From NCBI GenBank assembly GCA_964645535.1, contig CAZYCQ010000012.1, forward strand, positions 1 through 31,510: 31,510 nucleotides of DNA. Reading direction: 5' to 3'. The stretch's first letter is position 1, and each line of letters starts with the position of its first letter. The stretch comes from an uncultured archaeon (GTDB lineage Archaea > Asgardarchaeota > Heimdallarchaeia > Heimdallarchaeales > Kariarchaeaceae). Below are positions 26,508 to 31,510 of the stretch, piece by piece. The notes below the pieces were generated by a model. The model ran no database searches. It was not told the origin of the DNA and saw only the letters and a program-made list of their open reading frames with translations. The position numbers were made by a program, and so were the translations under genes.

Positions 26508-27614
26508 TTACAGAGGATCGCTTCTAATGATTGGGCTGTCAGCTATCGGGAAAACACTAATGAGTTCACCTTGTATTTCCATCACTTCTCTCAATTCCTC
26601 AATGATCTCTACAGCGATAACATCTGCGATGTCAATTGAAAGGATCTGTTTATTTGTTTCATACATGTCATCTGAGATTTCCAGTTCATCTTTGAGCAAA
26701 GAAACCAGAAGTTCAAAATCCTTTTCATCAAAAACAGTCAATCTTGCGAATTCCAACAACCCTTCATCCGAAACAAATTCAAAAGGACGTTTGACCTGCT
26801 TTGCCCTTCTTCTGTATCTTTGTTTCAGCTGTATGCCGTCTTTGGATCCAGAACTGCAAAAATGAAGTGGAATTGTTGTTTTATCTTTGACTTTGGAAAT
26901 AACATTCAATGCAGTTTCCCTAGAACTTACCACCGCGGAATTATGAAGGACAGATACAAATCCCTTTTCCCTTAAGGAATTGAAATTGGCTTCTGTAAAC
27001 TCAAATTCATTGAGATTGACAAAATCAAGATGATGCTCATCTGCAAACAAAATAAGCCTCTCCAATTCTTCTTCCGCATGAGGAATAGCTGGAACTTCAA
27101 ATCCAATGGATTTTTCCTTATGTCTCCGTTTCAAATCCGCGGCAAATTTCCAGACTGGATAGGTCTTGAGATTTTTCGGATGAATTCTTAATTCATCGAG
27201 ACCTGCCTCAAACAATTCATCCGCAAGTTCGGGATTCTTCAGCAAGTGCATACCTGAGGTATAAAGATGGAGATGGTAATCACTGCCGTATTTTTCCTTT
27301 AGTAACTTTATTTTCTCGATTGTGCGCTGTGGCGTTTCCATTGGATCTCCTCCCGTAATCCCTGCACCAGTCGCAAGGCATTTGTCATTCTCATCAAAGA
27401 GATCCTGATCGTTTGCAAGTTTACGTTCGTTTACAAATATTGAATCATCAGTTCTTCGATCCTCTTGAATGGGACAGTAATAGCATCCGACAGTACATTT
27501 CCCAGTGACATAAAGAACTACCTTTTCCCCCTTCAGACAACGTTTGCAACCTTCTGGCAACTTTCCAACTTTGAAACTTCCGAAGGTTCCATATTCTCCG
27601 ATTGTTCTAGACAC
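26508..27614 (-). CDS. Uncharacterised archaeal radical SAM protein (COG2108-like)
   Basis: CTVGCYYC (CxxxCxxC), N-terminal LPEGCKRCLKGEK, ITGGDP, HLHLYTSG, LDELRIHP and FVNLNEFE motifs. Confidence 0.9.
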   Translation of the reverse strand: MSRTIGEYGTFGSFKVGKLPEGCKRCLKGEKVVLYVTGKCTVGCYYCPIQEDRRTDDSIFVNERKLANDQDLFDENDKCLATGAGITGGDPMETPQRTIEKIKLLKEKYGSDYHLHLYTSGMHLLKNPELADELFEAGLDELRIHPKNLKTYPVWKFAADLKRRHKEKSIGFEVPAIPHAEEELERLILFADEHHLDFVNLNEFEFTEANFNSLREKGFVSVLHNSAVVSSRETALNVISKVKDKTTIPLHFCSSGSKDGIQLKQRYRRRAKQVKRPFEFVSDEGLLEFARLTVFDEKDFELLVSLLKDELEISDDMYETNKQILSIDIADVIAVEIIEELREVMEIQGELISVFPIADSPIIRSDPL

Positions 27615-27659
27615 AACATAGTTTTGATAGGACTGAATATTAAAATTGAGGTATTTTGC

Positions 27660-28847
27660 TTATGCTACGACTACTGGTTGGTGGAGACCTGCGGTTCGAA
27701 CTCCTCTTTCGAAACGGACAAGAACCTTTCGAGAGGTTCTCTTGCCGAATCTTTTAGTGACTGAACCTTTAACTCGCTTGTTGGTATCTGGATAGATTAT
27801 TTCGACCTTCTTGCCAAGGAGGGCTTCCGGATCGAATTCTTTGGTTAGTTGAACAATGAGGGTTTCTGGGTGGATCACCCTTCTGCTTCTTCTGAATGAA
27901 GTAGAATGTCCAATCACTGTTCCTTTTCCAACAATGCTTCTAGGTTTGGATTCACCCTTGGCAACAGATTTGCCCCTGGGTTTGATGACTCTCTCCTGAG
28001 CCACGAGGTCTCTTGGAGTATAAAAGATATCTCCCTTCTTTCTTTCTTTTTTGACGAAGGTTACCTCTTTCTTCTCCTTTACCTTTTTGACTGGACGTTC
28101 TGTTTTCTCTTTCTTTTGAGTCTTCTTTGCTTTGACGGGCTGGGGTTTGGTCGGGATTTCCCGAGTGATTCTGTCAGCTTCAGCCCTCATCTGCTGTCTC
28201 TTCTTTCGAGCTTCAAGCTCTTCCTTGCTCAACCGCCGCGCCGTGACCGTCCAAGTCTCTCTAGCGGCAACCTCACTCTCATCCAGTTTTTCAATCTGTG
28301 CGATTTCCTCTTCGTCAACTTTGGTGACCTGAACTCCTTTTTTCTTTTTGGTCGTGATTACTTCCTCTTCAGGAGGCAATCTTTTCTTCTTTGGTTTCTT
28401 GGCGGTCTTCTTCTTTGGTTTTTCCGCTGGAGGTTCTTCCACCTTTTCTTCAGGTTTTTCCATTGGGGGCTCTTCTACCTTTTCTTCAGGTTTTTCCTCA
28501 ACGGGTTCCTCTTTTGGAGGTTCTTCCTTCTTCTTTTTAGTGGTTTTCTTCTTAGGCTTTTCCTCAGCGGTTTTTTCTTTTTTCTTCTTGGGCTCCTTGG
28601 CTTTCTTCGCAGGAGCCTTTGCTTCTGCAGAAGTTTTAGCCTCTACAGCTTCGGGTGCCTCTTCCGTGGCCACGGAAACTTCTGCGGCATTCTTGATGAT
28701 TTTTGAAGCTGTAGCTTTACCGATGCCCAACTCGACGATTTCCTCAACGGAAGCTTTTGCTAGTTTTTCTGCGGAGTCAAATCCTCCAGCCCTTAATTTC
28801 TCGGCCGTCTTTGGTCCGACTCCTTTGACATTTACTACATCGGTCAT
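27660..28847 (-). CDS. rpl35ae: Ribosomal protein eL33 (L35Ae) fused to N-terminal HhH domain via a long K/E/P-rich linker
   Basis: N-terminal VKGVGPKTAEKL...LGIGKATASKI (double HhH). C-terminal SFRRSRRVIHPETLIVQ...LLGKKV...KGSVTKRFG...VLVRFERG resembles archaeal L35Ae. GAGG SD upstream. Confidence 0.8.
   Translation of the reverse strand: MTDVVNVKGVGPKTAEKLRAGGFDSAEKLAKASVEEIVELGIGKATASKIIKNAAEVSVATEEAPEAVEAKTSAEAKAPAKKAKEPKKKKEKTAEEKPKKKTTKKKKEEPPKEEPVEEKPEEKVEEPPMEKPEEKVEEPPAEKPKKKTAKKPKKKRLPPEEEVITTKKKKGVQVTKVDEEEIAQIEKLDESEVAARETWTVTARRLSKEELEARKKRQQMRAEADRITREIPTKPQPVKAKKTQKKEKTERPVKKVKEKKEVTFVKKERKKGDIFYTPRDLVAQERVIKPRGKSVAKGESKPRSIVGKGTVIGHSTSFRRSRRVIHPETLIVQLTKEFDPEALLGKKVEIIYPDTNKRVKGSVTKRFGKRTSRKVLVRFERGVRTAGLHQPVVVA
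28417..28497 (-). repeat. 36-nt tandem repeat encoding EKPEEKVEEPPx
   Basis: ACCTTTTCTTCAGGTTTTTCC recurs at a 36-nt period inside the linker. Confidence 0.8.
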
Positions 28848-28908
28848 AGTTGATCCTCTAAATGGGGAGTAATTCTATCTTTAAAAAACGTATATTTTGA
28901 TACGCGGG

Positions 28909-29592
28909 TTATTCTTCTCCAAGTCTTTCTTTCAAGTTCTGAATGATTTCATCTGCTTTAAGGATTTTCTCCATGAAGCTTTGGGAGAGTTCCGCTTGAA
29001 TTCTTTCATTTTCCTCCCTTTCTTCCTTTATTTTCTCTTCTAGATCTCTAATTCGTTTCCGAAGCCTTTCCACTTCTTCGGATGAACCGATGTTGTTGGA
29101 GATTTCCTTAATTATGGTTTGGATATCCGTTCCCTCTGGGAATTTTGCTTGAGCGATCAGCTCTAGCGCTTTCTTTTCTTGAGCGAAGTGCGCCTCCATG
29201 GTTTCCCGTTCATCCTTCAATCGTTCCTCAAGATCTTTTCTGATGGTGGCTTCGTTGGCAAGTGCCTTCTTGAGCTCTCTAATTTCATCTGCAAGCTCCT
29301 GCACGTTTTCCTGTTCAAGGGTTAATGCTCTACGTGCGTTGTCTACCTTGTTCTTGACCTCTTGATATTTCTCTGCCAATTTTTCATAGGTTTTCGCATA
29401 GGAATTGATGAAATCTTGAACCAATGGATGCAAAAGATCCCAATACTCGTCGATTAGATTTTCCAATTCCTTATGTTCAACACTTCCCGTTCCCTCAACA
29501 TAAGCCACTCGTTTCATTTGGTCAATGTTAAAGTAGGGTTCATGATCTGGATAATAGTCGTCAAGACTTTTTTTCTTCTTTCGTCCGAACAT
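28909..29592 (-). CDS. Coiled-coil hypothetical protein
   Basis: E/K/L-rich heptad pattern over most of the length. ATG 29592 (MFGRKKKK) is preferred over GTG 29625. Confidence 0.8.
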   Translation of the reverse strand: MFGRKKKKSLDDYYPDHEPYFNIDQMKRVAYVEGTGSVEHKELENLIDEYWDLLHPLVQDFINSYAKTYEKLAEKYQEVKNKVDNARRALTLEQENVQELADEIRELKKALANEATIRKDLEERLKDERETMEAHFAQEKKALELIAQAKFPEGTDIQTIIKEISNNIGSSEEVERLRKRIRDLEEKIKEEREENERIQAELSQSFMEKILKADEIIQNLKERLGEE

Positions 29593-29631
29593 GAGGCTTC
29601 TAAAAAGAAAGAGCACAATCACCAAAATAAA

Positions 29632-29659
29632 ACTTTTGGGTCAACAGAACCCCAAAAGT
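29632..29659. promoter_or_regulatory. 9-bp inverted repeat ACTTTTGGG-N10-CCCAAAAGT
   Basis: Perfect arms in the divergent promoter region between the coiled-coil gene and GGR. Confidence 0.4.
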
Positions 29660-29743
29660 GACTTTGTCTATACTTTTAAAGAAGTTCACATCTATGAAAT
29701 CAAGGTAAGAAAAGTTCTAATAGAGTCAGGACTTGCATGATTG

Positions 29744-31102
29744 ATGACTGTTGAAGCGGATGTCATTGTTGTTGGGTGTGGTCCCGCTGGAAGCGCCGCA
29801 GCTATGGCTGTAGGCCGTGCAGGGTTGAAGGTCATTGTGGTTGACCGAAAACCCAAAGAGAGGATAGGAGATAAGGTATGCGGTGACGCTCTTTCACCAG
29901 ACTATCCAAAATTGGCCAACAAGTGGATTGGATATCCAATTCCTTCCAAAGATGATGGGACTTTGAAGGAGTATTGCGACGAAGCGATCCTAGTTGGCAA
30001 AAATCCTGAAACCCGGGTTAAAATCGGCTCCAAAACCGCAACTGTTGACCGATGGAAATATGGACAGAAGATCGTAAAAGAACTTGAGACAATCGATACA
30101 GTCACAATCATTCCAGAGACAAAAATTGTCGGAACAATAGTTGAGAACGGTTATTTGGTTGGGATCTCATGCTACAACAAGGAAAAAGGAAATTTCGAGA
30201 TCAGGGGGAAAATAACAATTGATGCCTCAGGCGCCCGAGGTGCAGTAAGGGCACGTTTACCAGAGGATATGTGCAAAAAATTTCCCAAAAAAATCCCACA
30301 AAAGGAGATGATCGCGGCGTACAGAGAAATCATTCGCACCAAGACACCTCACCAATTTCAACGGGCTATTTATCTTACTTATGAACCTGAACTCGAGGAG
30401 GTTATGCCTGGATATTATTGGTTTTTCAGTAGAGGGGAATGTGAGCTCAATATTGGACTTGGATACATGCTTTATGAAAAAAATATTGGGAAAAACCTTC
30501 GTGCAATTAATGACAGCGTAAGAAATCGATATTTCCCTGATTGTGAAATCCTAACCAGTCAAGGGCATCAGATTCCTGCACGTCTTCCTCTTCCCAGTCT
30601 CGTTCATAATGGTTTCATGGCTGCTGGAGATGCGGCCGCATTGGCCAATCCACTCAATGGGGAAGGTCATGGTCCCGCCATTTTGAGTGGGGCAAAGGCT
30701 GGACTTTATGCTATCGAAGCACTAAAGAAAAACGATTGGTCCGAACGAGGGTTATGGGAATATAATCGGTGGATTGCCCATACTTATGGTGTTGAGTTCA
30801 GTTGGGGGATCGCGATTGTCAAGTTTTACTTGAAACATGGGATGGATGTATTTGATTGGGTTCTCAGAAAAGGGGTGATTGAAGAGGATGATATCCTTAT
30901 CATGATCAATGAACCCGACAAAGGAATCAACATTGTTCAAAGAGCAATACGGGGCATTACCAAACCAAAAATTCTCTTTGATCTTAGAAAAACTCTGAAA
31001 CATGCAGAAGCTATTCAAAAGCATATGAAGAACTATCCGGATCCAGAAAATTTCTTCCCTTGGCTTGAAAAACTCAAAAAACTAGAGAACTATAAAATTT
31101 GA
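29744..31102 (+). CDS. Geranylgeranyl reductase family FAD-dependent oxidoreductase
   Basis: VVGCGPAG, KVCGDA, IDASG, GYYWFF and GDAAALANPLNGEGHGPA motifs. Confidence 0.9.
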   Translation: MTVEADVIVVGCGPAGSAAAMAVGRAGLKVIVVDRKPKERIGDKVCGDALSPDYPKLANKWIGYPIPSKDDGTLKEYCDEAILVGKNPETRVKIGSKTATVDRWKYGQKIVKELETIDTVTIIPETKIVGTIVENGYLVGISCYNKEKGNFEIRGKITIDASGARGAVRARLPEDMCKKFPKKIPQKEMIAAYREIIRTKTPHQFQRAIYLTYEPELEEVMPGYYWFFSRGECELNIGLGYMLYEKNIGKNLRAINDSVRNRYFPDCEILTSQGHQIPARLPLPSLVHNGFMAAGDAAALANPLNGEGHGPAILSGAKAGLYAIEALKKNDWSERGLWEYNRWIAHTYGVEFSWGIAIVKFYLKHGMDVFDWVLRKGVIEEDDILIMINEPDKGINIVQRAIRGITKPKILFDLRKTLKHAEAIQKHMKNYPDPENFFPWLEKLKKLENYKI

Positions 31103-31158
31103 CCTTGGTGCAAGTAAAGTTTAGATTAGTTTAAGAGTATTGGAAACCAAATTTTGGT

Positions 31159-31510
31159 ATGTCTGAATGGGAGATGATGAAATGGTTCGGACGACGAATC
31201 AAATGGATGTTCGGAAGATTCCCCTTTCTAATAATGGTTGGTCTGATTGTTGGTGGATTTTACCTGCAATTCACTTTTCTTGTAACCCCTAGTCCTATTC
31301 AAGGGTTCTTTCTTTTTGCAGCCTCCATGTTCTCAGTTTTTGTTGTGTTCCCTTTATGGAGAAAATTCACTCCTTATTTTGGTCCTTGGGTAATTGATTT
31401 TGCAACACAATCATTTGTTGGGAGAAAATTAATCGCAGGCGGATCCTTTGTCTACTCTGAATATGAAGAAGATCCTGAACCGTATGAGTGTGGGAATCAT
31501 CATGCTGTTT
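31159..31510 (+). CDS. Hypothetical membrane protein, truncated by the window end
   Basis: Frame open from ATG 31159 to the end (MSEWEMMKWFGRRIKWMFGRFPFLIMVGLIVGG...), two hydrophobic segments, TTTAAG 24 nt upstream. Absent from the ORF track because it has no stop. Confidence 0.75.
   Translation, partial: MSEWEMMKWFGRRIKWMFGRFPFLIMVGLIVGGFYLQFTFLVTPSPIQGFFLFAASMFSVFVVFPLWRKFTPYFGPWVIDFATQSFVGRKLIAGGSFVYSEYEEDPEPYECGNHHAV

Noticed and set aside
27906-28872. Long plus-strand ORFs (266 aa and 174 aa) rich in F/S/L
   Set aside because: Antisense shadows of the K/E/P low-complexity linker of the eL33 fusion.
1-31510. CRISPR array, rRNA, IS element, Sec/Pyl recoding
   Set aside because: No regularly spaced repeats, transposase motifs, rRNA-like tracts or in-frame stops splitting conserved domains were seen.

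Overview
Archaeal chromosomal segment, most likely Asgard (Heimdallarchaeia-like; inferred, not searched). Support: an eL33/L35Ae domain, a geranylgeranyl reductase, TATA boxes about 24 nt upstream of many start codons, a CCA-less tRNA, and longin-like, PCI-like, LRR and Regnase-type NYN domains. The centre is a translationally coupled, bacterial-type heme operon (hemH-hemA-hemCD fusion-hemB-hemL-hemE-hemN-hemY, 13.3-23.0 kb). It encodes the protoporphyrin-dependent route rather than the siroheme (Ahb) route typical of archaea, and hemA appears to start at a non-canonical ATT codon. The left part has uncharacterised membrane/surface genes, including an FG-GAP (integrin-alpha-like) single-pass protein with a longin-like cytoplasmic tail, a C-terminally anchored surface protein, a degenerate MinD/ParA-like ATPase and an LRR protein. 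These are followed by a CcdA-TlpA pair, tRNA-Ala(GGC) and a secreted S8 protease. The right part has a PCI-LRR fusion, a Zn-finger-NYN RNase, ogt, a radical SAM enzyme, an HhH-linker-eL33 fusion, a coiled-coil protein and a GGR. No CRISPR array, rRNA or transposase was seen. All family calls come from motif recognition by eye.
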